Shown here piece after piece: positions 18,419-29,047 of a stretch of 64,000 nt of DNA. Source of the DNA: Candidatus Poribacteria bacterium (GTDB taxonomy: Bacteria; Poribacteria; WGA-4E; WGA-3G); assembly GCA_965262955.1 (NCBI GenBank), contig CBDHGE010000001.1:3730272-3794271 (forward strand). Direction: 5' to 3'. Position 1 is the stretch's first letter. The number at the start of each line of letters is the position of its first letter. The translations under genes and the position numbers were made by a program. The notes beneath the pieces are model-generated. The model did not search any database. It had not been told where the DNA came from and saw nothing but the letters and a program-made list of their open reading frames with translations.

Positions 18419-21373
18419 TTGTATGTTATGCAAGGACGAAAACTCTTATTTATTTCATTACTCTGTTTGGGATTACTCATCACAGGACTTGCTGAGTTGC
18501 CCGCTCAGGAAGAACCAACCATGCGTGTTGCCCAAACAGACGAAGAAGGGCGTGCAATCCGCTTCGACTTTAACTTTACAAGTCAAGAACTCAAAGGTCT
18601 CTTTGAATGGCTCTCACGCGAAACAGATCTCACTATTATCGCCAGCGAAGAAGACATTAAAGATAAAAGATTCTCGCTCATCAATCTCAAAAACGTAACA
18701 ATTGAAGAAGTAATTGAAAAAATCAAAACCGTTCTGACGCAATACGACCTCACACTCATCCAAACCGATAGTACGCTCTTAATCACCACTTTCGAGCGCG
18801 CGATGGTAACAAAGGGAACTGTTAAAAATATCACACCAGATCCTGAACTCGTCGAGATGACCGACGAAATCCAAACCTATATCATCCAATTAAATACCGT
18901 CGTTGCCGCCGAACAGGTGGAGCGTCTCAAACCATTACTGAACAAACAAGCAAACATTTTCGCAGACACCGCAACAAACACACTCATCATAACCGATGTC
19001 GCCTCCAATATACGCCGAATTGTCGCAATTCTCCAAGTCGCAGATGAAGGCGAACGCTTTCCCTTAAAGATTCTCATTATCCCTCTCGCTTATGCTGAAG
19101 CCAGTTCTTTGGCACAAACGCTGAGCAATATCTTTCAGGAGACAGATGATGATGACAGACAGCAAAGAGGTACTGGTCCAGGTATGAGTGCAGACGAGGC
19201 AAAAACAGCAGCTGCCGAAATGAAAGCCGAAGGTGTTGGTTACGAAGTTCTCGATGGTACAATCAAAATTGTTGCTGAAACCAGTTCCAATTCACTCGTT
19301 CTCAAAGCCTCTGAGGCAAATCTGATTTTCCTCCAAGAGATCGTCAAGGAGCTTGATGTCGCACCCAGTTTACAAACCCAGATACGGACCTTTCGACTCA
19401 ACTATGCAGTCGCCCAGGATGTCGCAGAAACCCTTCAAGAAGTCCTTACCGGTGAGGATAGCCGAAACCGCGGCAGACTAGACGCTTGGGACCGTGCGAA
19501 ATTAAGAAACTGGAAACGTGAACAAGGACTCGAAGATTCACAAGGCATCGTTGGCACTGTCAACGTCTCCCACAATGATAGGCTCAATATCATCGTCGTT
19601 TCCTCAGATCCTCGTAATTTTTCCATCATCGAAAAGGTTATTAACGAACTTGATCAAGAGCAAACACAAGAAGAAATCAGACTCTACTTTCTTAAGTACG
19701 CTGATGCCGAAACCCTCGTCCAGAGCTTACAGGACCTGTTTGAAGGCGGCAGTGCCGGGCGCGACAGAGACCTTCCTTGGTGGGAGCGAGAGCGCAGAGC
19801 ACGACAACGACAACTCTCCGAAGGTAGCACCGGATTTGGTGTCCAAGGTGAAGTTCACATTGTTTCCGATATACGGCTCAACGCAATTCTCATTTCTACG
19901 AGTGCGCAGAACTTCGAGACGATAGATGGACTGATGAAAAAACTTGATGTTAACATGCCGGATCAGGAATGGGGAACCCGCATGTATAGACTCAAATACG
20001 CCGATGCAGAGAATGTTGCAGCTATTATCAATAACGTCTATCAAGGCAGCTCTGGAAACAGTGGAAATTTCTTCTTTTTCCTAATGGAACGCCAGCGCAA
20101 TCAGACGCAAGGTTCATTAGCAGGGAACGTTACTGCCGAACCTTATCCTACGCTCAATGCGGTTATCGTCTCGACCGCTACACAACGCAACTTTGACCTC
20201 ATCACAGAGTTTATCGACTCCATGGACACACCTACACCTGAAGGACAAAAAGAGATTACCGAGACAATTCGGCTTGAGTATGGCAATGCGGATCATCTCC
20301 AGGAAGTCCTTCAACAGGTCTGGGAAAGTGAGGAAGGTGACGGTGGCTTTAGTTTTAGCCGTTTCTTCGCTTCTGGTGGAAGGCAGGAGCAGCAAGACAT
20401 CAACTCGCTACGTGGAAAAGTCACCGTCTATGCCGATGCAGACACCAATTCTCTGATTGTCACAACGCGGCAACGATACATGTCCGCAGTTAGAGCACTC
20501 ATTCAGAAATTAGACTTCGTCCGAGGACAGGTCTGGGTAGACATTCAGATTCTGGAAGTTACTCTCGACGAAACCACCAAACTCGGTATCGAACTCACAG
20601 CGCAAGAAAACAAAATCTTCGGTGTCACCGCAGGTCCCGGCAACCCGCTTATAGGCAATTTTGACAGCCAACTCGGACTCGAACAAGAAATCTCCGGTTT
20701 TAACCTTGGCTTAGCGACCAAAGAATATATGTCTCTGCTTCACGCCCTTATGCGTGAGAACAAGGTTCAAACCCTTTCAACACCTTCACTTTTAACACGA
20801 GACTCATGGAATGCTACGTGGAGCAGTGGTCGTCGCATTCCCTACCTTCAGAGTGTTGACACAACCAGTATCTTGGGTGAGAGTGTTTCACAGCCGCTTT
20901 TCAACTACGACTTCATTGATCCGCCCGTCGGTATTAACATCTCTCTTACGCCTTACATTGCCAAGTCGCAAGTAGGAGAAGACGGCAAGCGAACCATTGG
21001 CTTGGACATCGAAAACATCAGTGCAAGTAACTTCATTGAGTTTACTGATTTCAATGCCCCCATCACCGATGACAATTCCATTAGCGTTTATATCGACGTT
21101 GAAGACGGTCAACAGATTGTTGTCGGCGGTATCATCCGCAAGAAACAAAAACAGGTAGAAAACAAACTCCCGATTTTAGGGGACATTCCGTTCATCGGTA
21201 GGCTCTTCAAAAACACAGAAACCGCTGTTGAAGATGCAGAGATTGTAATCATCATTACCCCGCACATCGTTGACATCAAAAATCCCGAAGACCTTGAGAA
21301 ACTCAAAGAAAAAGCACAAGATTGGCAGAATAACGGGACTTCTGGTAAAGAAACAGAACCTGTAGAGGAATAG
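18419..21373 (+). CDS. gspD: T2SS secretin GspD with an extended periplasmic N-domain stack
   Basis: Signal peptide, six N-domain repeats, secretin core (LPILGDIPFIGRLFK, IIITPHIV). Confidence 0.93.
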   Translation: MYVMQGRKLLFISLLCLGLLITGLAELPAQEEPTMRVAQTDEEGRAIRFDFNFTSQELKGLFEWLSRETDLTIIASEEDIKDKRFSLINLKNVTIEEVIEKIKTVLTQYDLTLIQTDSTLLITTFERAMVTKGTVKNITPDPELVEMTDEIQTYIIQLNTVVAAEQVERLKPLLNKQANIFADTATNTLIITDVASNIRRIVAILQVADEGERFPLKILIIPLAYAEASSLAQTLSNIFQETDDDDRQQRGTGPGMSADEAKTAAAEMKAEGVGYEVLDGTIKIVAETSSNSLVLKASEANLIFLQEIVKELDVAPSLQTQIRTFRLNYAVAQDVAETLQEVLTGEDSRNRGRLDAWDRAKLRNWKREQGLEDSQGIVGTVNVSHNDRLNIIVVSSDPRNFSIIEKVINELDQEQTQEEIRLYFLKYADAETLVQSLQDLFEGGSAGRDRDLPWWERERRARQRQLSEGSTGFGVQGEVHIVSDIRLNAILISTSAQNFETIDGLMKKLDVNMPDQEWGTRMYRLKYADAENVAAIINNVYQGSSGNSGNFFFFLMERQRNQTQGSLAGNVTAEPYPTLNAVIVSTATQRNFDLITEFIDSMDTPTPEGQKEITETIRLEYGNADHLQEVLQQVWESEEGDGGFSFSRFFASGGRQEQQDINSLRGKVTVYADADTNSLIVTTRQRYMSAVRALIQKLDFVRGQVWVDIQILEVTLDETTKLGIELTAQENKIFGVTAGPGNPLIGNFDSQLGLEQEISGFNLGLATKEYMSLLHALMRENKVQTLSTPSLLTRDSWNATWSSGRRIPYLQSVDTTSILGESVSQPLFNYDFIDPPVGINISLTPYIAKSQVGEDGKRTIGLDIENISASNFIEFTDFNAPITDDNSISVYIDVEDGQQIVVGGIIRKKQKQVENKLPILGDIPFIGRLFKNTETAVEDAEIVIIITPHIVDIKNPEDLEKLKEKAQDWQNNGTSGKETEPVEE

Positions 21374-21384
21374 ATGTACCAAAG

Positions 21385-23277
21385 TTATTGGACAAGCGCA
21401 CGGAATGCCGGGGTAAAACGGATAGCATCAAATTCGCTTTGGGTCTCTACCCGCTGGACAATACGCCTATTGAGTGCAATAGCTTGGCTTAAGTATTCCA
21501 ATGCCTGAGAAGATTGACCGGTTTTCATAGCAGCCAAACTGCCGTGATATAGATATTCAGAGTTATTTGGTGCACGCGCCAGTACTTGTTCAAATGCTTT
21601 AAGGGCTTCACCATAACGTTCCTGCTTATACAATATCCATCCCAATGTATCATAAATATGCGTTGCATCCGGGTCAAGTTCGTATGCGCGTCTTGCCAAT
21701 CTTTCTGCCTCCGCTAAGTTCGTTCCCAACTTATCGGCGTAGAGCCATGCCAGCGTATTATATGCCGCTGCGAATTCTGGGCCTGTCGCAATTGCTTCCG
21801 AGAGCAACGCAACCGCATCCTCAAGATTCCCCGCTGCACTGGCACGCCGTCCCTGTTCCCACAGCTGATAGGTTCTAAACGGATATTTTTCCGCCTTCAG
21901 TTCACTGGCGAATGCGACCAACTGTACAACCTGCGAGTTGGGACGAATGGTTTGAACGGTTTTTCCTGCTTGGATCGCAGCGTCAAATTGTTGTAGATTG
22001 AAGTATACCCACACCAAGTTTTCGTGTGCTGTCGCGTAACGTGGACTCAACGCAACTGCCTGTTCCCATAACTTAAGCGCAGTCGGTGTATCCCCTCGAT
22101 TTGCCGCAGACATCCCTTGCCTCCATAAGCGATAAGCCCGCATCGTGTATTCGCCTGATTTTATATCTTGTGCGGTCTTAAGCGTGAATCCGATGATGTT
22201 CAATTCCGATGGTGTAACACGCGGATTCTTACCTAAAGAAAGCGCGGTTGTGTGTGCCTTTAATGCAGACTGGCATGCCGAAATCGCTACATCAAGCCGC
22301 TCCATTTCAAGGAGTGCGGTACCCATGTTTGCCCAAGCGTTTGCCATTTCTGGATTTATATTCACTGCTTGTTGGTAAGCAGAGACCGCTGATTCCAATT
22401 GCTGCGCGGACAGATAGCAGTTACCGAGGTTATAGAAAATGTCTGCCATGCCGGTAGGTTGGGCGAGTTCACCATCGGATATCAACCCAATCGCTGAAAG
22501 GTACGTGCGAATTGCGGATTCATACTCATTTCTCTTAAAGTAGAGGTCAGCCAACTGCAGATACGCCTGTAGATACTTCGGACTTTCGGCAGCGGCTTGC
22601 TTCCAAGCACCGATCGCCGCTTCCATTCTTCCATCGCGCTGAGCACGTACGCCTACCTGATAGTGTCGATGTGCAGCAAGTGAATAAATTCCAGCCTGCA
22701 GGTCGCGAGCAGTTGCGAGATTGGCATGCAACTGAGGCAGATTTGGATTGAGTGTCAATCCCTCCTCGTATGCTGCAATAGCGTCGTCAAACTGGCCTAA
22801 TTCTTGATAGGCAAGCCCTAAATTGTTGAGTGCTTCTACGTTATGTGGTCGGATTTCAAGGGCAGTCTGATAAACCTCAACTGCCTTTTCATAGAAAGCG
22901 CGCTTCGCGGGGGTATTAGCGGTGTCCAAACCTCCTGCCCTATGTGAAGCCAATCCTAATTTTACAAGGGCATCTACATCGCGGGGGAGGAGTTCTAAAG
23001 TTCGGGTAAATGCTTCAATCGCTTTTGGATATTCTGCTTTCTGATAATGAGCCAATCCAAGGTGGTAATGTGCATCGGCGAAGTCAGGTAGGATTATCGT
23101 AACCTGCTCAAATGTCTCAAGTGCGGCGTCCAACTGTCCAGCGTTTAATTCCGCGATGCCTTGTACAAACAGAGACATAGCCTCTTCATTTGCTAATAAA
23201 GTCGCATTTCCGACAGTGACAAGAAAAACACATATCCAGATTAGGCGTAAATAGCGGCACATCAATTTCTCTCCCAA
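21385..23277 (-). CDS. Secreted TPR-repeat protein
   Basis: Signal peptide and many TPR units (AHYHLG, ALNNLG, IYDTLGW). Confidence 0.9.
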   Translation of the reverse strand: MGEKLMCRYLRLIWICVFLVTVGNATLLANEEAMSLFVQGIAELNAGQLDAALETFEQVTIILPDFADAHYHLGLAHYQKAEYPKAIEAFTRTLELLPRDVDALVKLGLASHRAGGLDTANTPAKRAFYEKAVEVYQTALEIRPHNVEALNNLGLAYQELGQFDDAIAAYEEGLTLNPNLPQLHANLATARDLQAGIYSLAAHRHYQVGVRAQRDGRMEAAIGAWKQAAAESPKYLQAYLQLADLYFKRNEYESAIRTYLSAIGLISDGELAQPTGMADIFYNLGNCYLSAQQLESAVSAYQQAVNINPEMANAWANMGTALLEMERLDVAISACQSALKAHTTALSLGKNPRVTPSELNIIGFTLKTAQDIKSGEYTMRAYRLWRQGMSAANRGDTPTALKLWEQAVALSPRYATAHENLVWVYFNLQQFDAAIQAGKTVQTIRPNSQVVQLVAFASELKAEKYPFRTYQLWEQGRRASAAGNLEDAVALLSEAIATGPEFAAAYNTLAWLYADKLGTNLAEAERLARRAYELDPDATHIYDTLGWILYKQERYGEALKAFEQVLARAPNNSEYLYHGSLAAMKTGQSSQALEYLSQAIALNRRIVQRVETQSEFDAIRFTPAFRALVQ

Positions 23278-23502
23278 GCAGATTAAATCTCCTAATATTG
23301 TAGCGATTTTACCATTTTATTGCAACTTGACAGTGGCAGTGAATAGGATCATTCCGTTTTCCAACAATGTACATTTGGACGCCCGAACTTGTTCGGGATA
23401 TCCATTTTATCATAGGTTGGGTTTCAGCTGCGTTTCAACCCAATTTCTTACCAAAAACCTCCAATGGAAAAAAAACACTAAAATCCGCGAGAATCCGTGA
23501 TT

Positions 23503-23532
23503 TGCGGCGTACTCGCCCAAATGCAACGTGCA
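23503..23532 (+). repeat. 30-bp micro-element, copy 2
   Basis: TGCGGCGTACTCGCCCAAATGCAACGTGCA, identical to 12076..12105, flanked by TT on both sides. Confidence 0.8.
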
Positions 23533-23540
23533 TTCAGACA

Positions 23541-23575
23541 ACTTATAACCAACAACTTATAACTTATAACCCAAC
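23541..23575 (+). repeat. Degenerate heptamer tandem repeat (ACTTATA)
   Basis: ACTTATA ACCAACA ACTTATA ACTTATA; a related array lies at 37564..37619. Confidence 0.55.
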
Positions 23576-23657
23576 TGAAAGATACTGGATTTCTACACAT
23601 AGACGCGGTATAATACCCAAAAAACACTAACGAGAGGTTGCATTTACAGGGATTTAT

Positions 23658-25313
23658 ATGAAAATTGCATTCCTACTTCTCCTGAGCCTTATCATTATCT
23701 CCAATGGGAGTGGACAACCAAGTGTTACGTTTACAGATGTAACACAGGAGAGTGGGGTTACATTCCAGCATGAGGATGGTCGTAGTTACAAGAAATATTT
23801 TGTTGAGACACTCGGCTCTGGCGTTGCACTGTTCGATTATGACAACGACAACGATATAGATATGTATCTCGTCAACGGGACCAATTTAGATTCACCCGAC
23901 GCTGCGCCAGAGGCAATGAACCGCCTCTACCGCAATGATGGAACTGGACATTTTGTTGATGTAACCGAAGCAAGCGGAGTTGGAGATCGAGGCTACGGAG
24001 CAGGAGTTTGTGTCGGCGACTACGATAATGACGGTTGGTTGGATCTGTACGTAACTAATTTTCACTCAAACGTACTTTATCGAAATAATGGCGATAGCAC
24101 CTTCACAGACCGAACAGCAGAAGCGGGAGTCCAAGTCCTTGACTGGAGTGCGGGGTGCGCCTTTGCGGATGTGGATGCGGATGGCGATTTGGACCTTTAC
24201 GTTGCTAACTACGTTGATTTCTCTGTGGAGACACATACACCGTGTCGGGTCAACGGGATATTAGTCTACTGCAGCCCTCGCGTCTACGATGGAGTAAAAG
24301 ACACTTTTTTTCGTAACAACGGTGACGGCACATTTACCGAGGATACGGAGAACACTGGTTTTGACAATCTCGCATCGCGCGGACTCGGTGTCACCTTTGC
24401 TGACTATGACGCCGATGGCGACACCGATCTCTACGTCGCAAACGATGCAGATGCCAATTTCCTCTATAACAACGATGGAAACGGACGATTTCAAGAACAG
24501 AGTCAATTCTCTGGGGTAGCACTTAGCGAGCACGGATTGGTCGAAAACGGCATGGGCGTTGCTTTTGGTGATTATGATAACGATACGTGGTTAGATCTCG
24601 TAGTCACTAACTTCCAACACCAAACGAATACGCTCTATCATAGCGATACTGGCGAGTTCTTTACGGATCAAACCTATGCCTCCGGTACCGGAGATGTTAG
24701 TCTACCCTATCTGGCATGGGGCGTGAATTTCTTTGATTTCGACCACGATGGATTCCAAGACATCTTCATTGCGAACGGGCATATCCACAACAACGTAACG
24801 CTCATTGATAACGCAACCACTTATGCCCAACTGAATCACCTGTTCTGGAATAATAGGAATAGCACCTTTACTGATGTCACGGCAGAAAGCGGTTCAGGGC
24901 TCGCGTTGCAACGTTCCAGTCGTGGGAGCGCGGTCGGTGACATAGATAACGACGGAGATTTAGATCTGGTGGTGTCAAACGTCGGGACAGGTGTGGATGT
25001 CTTGCGAAATGACGGTGGCAATCAGTCGGGGAACTGGATAAATCTTAAACTGGTAGGTACCGTTTCAAATCGATCTGCTATTGGGACACGGGTACTTCTC
25101 AAAGCAGGTGAGACCCACCAAATCCGAGAGGTGCAGAGTGGTTCAAGCTACCTCTCACAAAACGATCTGCGTTTACATTTCGGAATCGGAACACAAAAGA
25201 AAGTCGAATTGGAAATTCGCTGGCAAAATGGAACCGTTCAGCGTTTTGGAGATATCCCTATTAATCGGTTCCTAAAAATTGTGGAGGGTACTAATCAAAT
25301 CGAGTTGTATTAA
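23658..25313 (+). CDS. CRTAC1-family FG-GAP/VCBS repeat protein with ASPIC/UnbV domain
   Basis: Repeated DxDxDGxxD loops; C-terminal SGSSYLSQND.RLHFG. Confidence 0.9.
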   Translation: MKIAFLLLLSLIIISNGSGQPSVTFTDVTQESGVTFQHEDGRSYKKYFVETLGSGVALFDYDNDNDIDMYLVNGTNLDSPDAAPEAMNRLYRNDGTGHFVDVTEASGVGDRGYGAGVCVGDYDNDGWLDLYVTNFHSNVLYRNNGDSTFTDRTAEAGVQVLDWSAGCAFADVDADGDLDLYVANYVDFSVETHTPCRVNGILVYCSPRVYDGVKDTFFRNNGDGTFTEDTENTGFDNLASRGLGVTFADYDADGDTDLYVANDADANFLYNNDGNGRFQEQSQFSGVALSEHGLVENGMGVAFGDYDNDTWLDLVVTNFQHQTNTLYHSDTGEFFTDQTYASGTGDVSLPYLAWGVNFFDFDHDGFQDIFIANGHIHNNVTLIDNATTYAQLNHLFWNNRNSTFTDVTAESGSGLALQRSSRGSAVGDIDNDGDLDLVVSNVGTGVDVLRNDGGNQSGNWINLKLVGTVSNRSAIGTRVLLKAGETHQIREVQSGSSYLSQNDLRLHFGIGTQKKVELEIRWQNGTVQRFGDIPINRFLKIVEGTNQIELY

Positions 25314-25387
25314 TGTTCTGTCCACATTAAAATGATAGGTAAAAAGTCATAGGGGTCTCTGGATTCGGAAATGCGCACACCTCTTCT

Positions 25388-25414
25388 TGTAGGAGCGAGC
25401 TGTGCTCGCGACTT
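25388..25414 (+). repeat. GTAG-type REP element
   Basis: TGTAGGAGCGAGCTGTGCTCGCGACTT, identical at 50528..50554; stem GCGAGC/GCTCGC. Confidence 0.8.
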
Positions 25415-25443
25415 CTATAAATTCAACTTGCCGTGCCAAAACA

Positions 25444-26352
25444 CTAAGGAGATGGCGTCGCCGCGCATCGAAAACCGATCGTCAGATTACGGGTCTCTGG
25501 ACGTGCATGAAAGCGATACGCACACCGCATCTGATAAATCCCAAAAACATTGTTACTCCACGAACCCCCGCGCAGGATTCGGGTCTGTCCTACCTTAGGT
25601 CCCTGTGGATTCTCGTCCTGACCGTGCTGGTAATAATCTGACGCATACCAGTCGGCACACCACTCAAACACGTTGCCAGCCATATCGTGTAATCCGTATC
25701 CGTTAGGTGGGAAACTGCCAATCGGGGAAGTCCAGAGCCACTTATCTTTTCCCCAAGCTCCTACAGTGTTTGCATTGTTTCGAGAAGACTCGTTGCCCCA
25801 CGGATAGTTTTGATTGACAAGTCCACCCCGTGCTGCCTTTTCCCATTCGGCTTCTGTAGGCAGCCGTTTCCCTGCCCACTCACAATACGCCACAGCATCG
25901 GTATAAGAGACACCGACAACTGGATGTGCGCCGTGTTTGGCACCGACGGGGAAGGATTCTTCCACTCCCATGTGTGGCGCGTATGTCCAATATTTTGGTG
26001 TCGGATGCCCCGTTGCTGCAATGAAAGCCGCGTATTGGGCGTTCGTCACAGGGTGTCGGTCAATATAGAACGCCGAAACTGAAACAGAACGTTGCGGATG
26101 TTCAGCGTAAAAAAAATCTGTGGACAGCCGATCGTCCTTGTCAATCAGCGCGTCGGTCTGTGCCGGGGTGCTTCCCATCAGGTAGGTTCCCGATGGAATC
26201 AGCATCATCTCACTACCGTCAATTTCATTGACAATAACAGGTGGCAGTTCAGTGAACCCTATGTTCGTAGGAGTAAAAAAAGAGACACTCAACAGAACAA
26301 AAATGAGTCTGTTTCTGATCCATTGGCGAATTGTTATGTGTTTTAAATCCAT
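25444..26352 (-). CDS. Formylglycine-generating-enzyme (SUMF1/FGE-sulfatase) domain protein
   Basis: HPVVGVS, RLPTEAEWEKAARGG, GLHDMAGNVFEW, RGGSW and GFRC motifs. Confidence 0.92.
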   Translation of the reverse strand: MDLKHITIRQWIRNRLIFVLLSVSFFTPTNIGFTELPPVIVNEIDGSEMMLIPSGTYLMGSTPAQTDALIDKDDRLSTDFFYAEHPQRSVSVSAFYIDRHPVTNAQYAAFIAATGHPTPKYWTYAPHMGVEESFPVGAKHGAHPVVGVSYTDAVAYCEWAGKRLPTEAEWEKAARGGLVNQNYPWGNESSRNNANTVGAWGKDKWLWTSPIGSFPPNGYGLHDMAGNVFEWCADWYASDYYQHGQDENPQGPKVGQTRILRGGSWSNNVFGIYQMRCAYRFHARPETRNLTIGFRCAATPSP

Positions 26353-26514
26353 TTTTCTTCAGCCTTTTTGGGATATACAGAGTGTAGCAGAGAATATGCG
26401 GCGTGTCAAATTCTGCATTCTAAAGATGGTAACTTATCCAATGACTTCCAATGCAGAACGTCCCGTAGCCCACCAGCACATCAAAAGACAAAGACGCCTG
26501 ACAAAAGATGTCGA

Positions 26515-26543
26515 TTGACAGGTGAACACTGTTGGGATAAAAT
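26515..26543 (+). promoter_or_regulatory. sigma-70-type promoter
   Basis: TTGACA-17 bp-TAAAAT upstream of 26585. Confidence 0.6.
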
Positions 26544-26584
26544 GCATTTAATAAATCATACGCCACACACCGAAAGGAAAATCA

Positions 26585-27307
26585 ATGAATTGCCTTGATT
26601 ATGGACTCTCTTTTATCAACTCTGTTGGCAATGGAAATGCCCCCCGCTTTTGGGTCGAATCTCGATGCCGCATCATAGATGACACAGATGGAAGTTTCAG
26701 CGATTATTACCAATGTGGTTCGTGTAAGAGTGAACACACCTTTGCGGAGAAAAATCTCTTCATAAATCCAAACTATGACTTCCTTCCTGTTTTTGGCGAA
26801 GAACATATAGCCGTATTCAGAAGACACGCATACTGCAACGATAACTACGTCGAGTACAGACCGGCGCGGGAGTATTGGGGAGGCCCGGTGTTTGATGTTC
26901 AAGAGGCATCGCGGGTCGAGGTCCTTGATAGCAACGCAGCTATTTTTGAGGCAACACGAAAATGTCTACCCATCGTAACGCAGACAGAAATATGGGATAC
27001 CCATACACATCAGCGGGCAATTATCGAGTGTCCGGTTAAAACGATGAACATGGATGAAAACGCAGACATCTACCAAGTTGATACAGGTATTGTTCTACTT
27101 CCAGATCTGTCAAAGCGATATGATCGGCAGATTGAGACGTTCAGCCTCGCTTACGTTGCTTTCAACGCCTCGCACTTTGCTGACTTCGTTATCGAACGCC
27201 CCACTGCCATCGTTAAAAATGGAGTGGAAGTTGCCCAAGTTTACCACTATTCCGAAATTCGGAGTTTAGAAGCAAAGAATACTGTGTTCTGCATCGGTGA
27301 ATTTTGA
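26585..27307 (+). CDS. Hypothetical cytoplasmic protein with CxxC motif
   Basis: 240-aa ORF with promoter and RBS; YYQCGSCKSEH. Confidence 0.7.
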   Translation: MNCLDYGLSFINSVGNGNAPRFWVESRCRIIDDTDGSFSDYYQCGSCKSEHTFAEKNLFINPNYDFLPVFGEEHIAVFRRHAYCNDNYVEYRPAREYWGGPVFDVQEASRVEVLDSNAAIFEATRKCLPIVTQTEIWDTHTHQRAIIECPVKTMNMDENADIYQVDTGIVLLPDLSKRYDRQIETFSLAYVAFNASHFADFVIERPTAIVKNGVEVAQVYHYSEIRSLEAKNTVFCIGEF

Positions 27308-27351
27308 CAAGCACTCCCTTTTATTCGGGAAAATAGACAAGAAGAGGGGAC

Positions 27352-28632
27352 ATGGCGGCATCTATGAAAATACGAGTTGGGGGGCTCTGGAGGCATTCAA
27401 ATTTTTTGAAGCTGTGGACGGCTGAATCTATCTCCGTCTTTGGTAGCACAATATCTACCGTCGCTCTCCCTTTGGTTGCCATTCTCACGCTCAATGCGAC
27501 TGCAGGTCAGATGGGGATTCTTAAAGCCCTCAGTAGTACGCCGGTGCTTTTATTCGGATTGTTTATGGGAGTCTGGATTGATCGGAGCAAACGACAGTTA
27601 TTGATGATAGCCACCCAGTTTGGATACGGCATTCTCTTAGCACTTATTCCGATAGCAGCGGTATTCGGAGTGCTTCGCATTGAATTGCTCTACTGCGTCA
27701 ATTTCTTCAGCGGCACGCTCTTAGCGATCTATATTCTCGCCAGTGCCTCTTTCCTCCCATCGATTGTTAATCGGGACACTCTGGTTGAGGCGAATTCAAA
27801 GCTGTCAGCAGGTCGATCTGTATCAAAAATCGCGGGACCTGGGCTCGGCGGTGTTTTGATTGAAAGTCTGACTGCCCCGATTACCATTCTACTTGATGTC
27901 TTTTCATCACTAATATCTGCTGTCAATTTGTTATTTATCCGATCGCCAGAATCAGTTGAAGTGGACAAACAGAAGCATGGCGGCATGTGGCGCGACATCG
28001 GGAATGGTCTTCGCACAATTTTCTTTCACCCAATTTTGAGGGCCGTGACGGTTGGCCCAGCGATTGGGAGCTTTGGCGGCGCGATACATTCGACGGTCTA
28101 TCTACTTTACTTGACGCGTGAGTTGCGGATTGGACCTACTTGGCTCGGAATTATCCTGGGCTGTGAAGGAATCGCGGCACTTGTTGGCGCGACCATGATT
28201 GGGTCGGCTGCGCGTCGTTACCGTCCAGGTTTACTGCTGACCAGTGCTCCATTGTTTCAGAGTGTTGGCTTGGGACTTGTTCCGTTTGCCGGGATGTTAG
28301 GCATCTGGGTCATTCCGATATTGATTGTAGCAACGGCATTTTCGAGTGGGGCATTTACCGTCTATAACATCACCCAATTGAGTCTCAGGCAAGCCGTTAC
28401 ACCTGACGAATTGTTGGGACGCGTCAATGCCAGTTGGCGAGTACTGGTGGGAGGCGTTATTCCATTAGGAGCCATGATTGGCGGTCTAATGGGCGAGAGA
28501 ATCGGATTGCAACGGACACTTGTTGTAGGTGCCTTCGTCACATTTATCTACTTTGTTTTTCATTTGTGTTCGCCGTTACGGCATATCTCCGACTTTGATA
28601 AAATGTCCAAATCGACAGATTTTAAGGCGTGA
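27352..28632 (+). CDS. MFS transporter (DHA3/MefA-like)
   Basis: About 12 TM helices; G.WIDR..R, GPGLGG and LLGRVNA motifs. Confidence 0.9.
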   Translation: MAASMKIRVGGLWRHSNFLKLWTAESISVFGSTISTVALPLVAILTLNATAGQMGILKALSSTPVLLFGLFMGVWIDRSKRQLLMIATQFGYGILLALIPIAAVFGVLRIELLYCVNFFSGTLLAIYILASASFLPSIVNRDTLVEANSKLSAGRSVSKIAGPGLGGVLIESLTAPITILLDVFSSLISAVNLLFIRSPESVEVDKQKHGGMWRDIGNGLRTIFFHPILRAVTVGPAIGSFGGAIHSTVYLLYLTRELRIGPTWLGIILGCEGIAALVGATMIGSAARRYRPGLLLTSAPLFQSVGLGLVPFAGMLGIWVIPILIVATAFSSGAFTVYNITQLSLRQAVTPDELLGRVNASWRVLVGGVIPLGAMIGGLMGERIGLQRTLVVGAFVTFIYFVFHLCSPLRHISDFDKMSKSTDFKA

Positions 28633-28777
28633 CACGTCAAGTATCCCACCCTCTCTTCAGTAGCCTTCTCTCAACACACTCCATATCTTTGCCTTATCAA
28701 TTCATTTTTCCCTTCCCTAACCCACTCGCATCTACTGTAGGATGGATCTCTGTTCAAGTGGATATAATCTTTTCCAC

Positions 28778-29021
28778 ATGCTAAAATATGAAATGCGAAA
28801 CATATACAACGGTTTTCCGAGTATTTTGACGACGAGGTCGTTATTGTGGACGACCCCAACCGATTATGGCGCAACTGGGTAAAAGTATTCCCGATACACA
28901 AATGGGGATGGATGTCCTCAAACAAGCGTCGGAAAAGGTGATGAGTGATATTGAGGAAAAATACGGGTACGACCTCCAGGAAGAACTCAGAAAAGAATTT
29001 CCAACGAGAACCGAGAACTGA
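28778..29021 (+). pseudogene. Possible frameshifted gene remnant
   Basis: Two protein-like + frames overlap near 28865 (..FDDEVVIVDDPN / MAQLGKSIPDTQMGMDVLKQASEKVMSDIEEKYGYDLQEEL..). Confidence 0.25.
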
Positions 29022-29047
29022 ATACATCTAAAATCTTTAAACTATCC

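Noticed and set aside
6046-21373. Cluster as a retractile type IV pilus or competence system
   Set aside because: GspG, GspK and GspD signatures are T2SS-type, and no pilT or comEC is in the window.
23367-23630. 87-aa ORF in the TPR/CRTAC1 intergenic region
   Set aside because: It runs through REP-like, micro-element and heptamer repeats; likely spurious.
28671-29027. 118-aa minus-strand ORF
   Set aside because: No RBS or motif; the plus strand looks more like a gene remnant.
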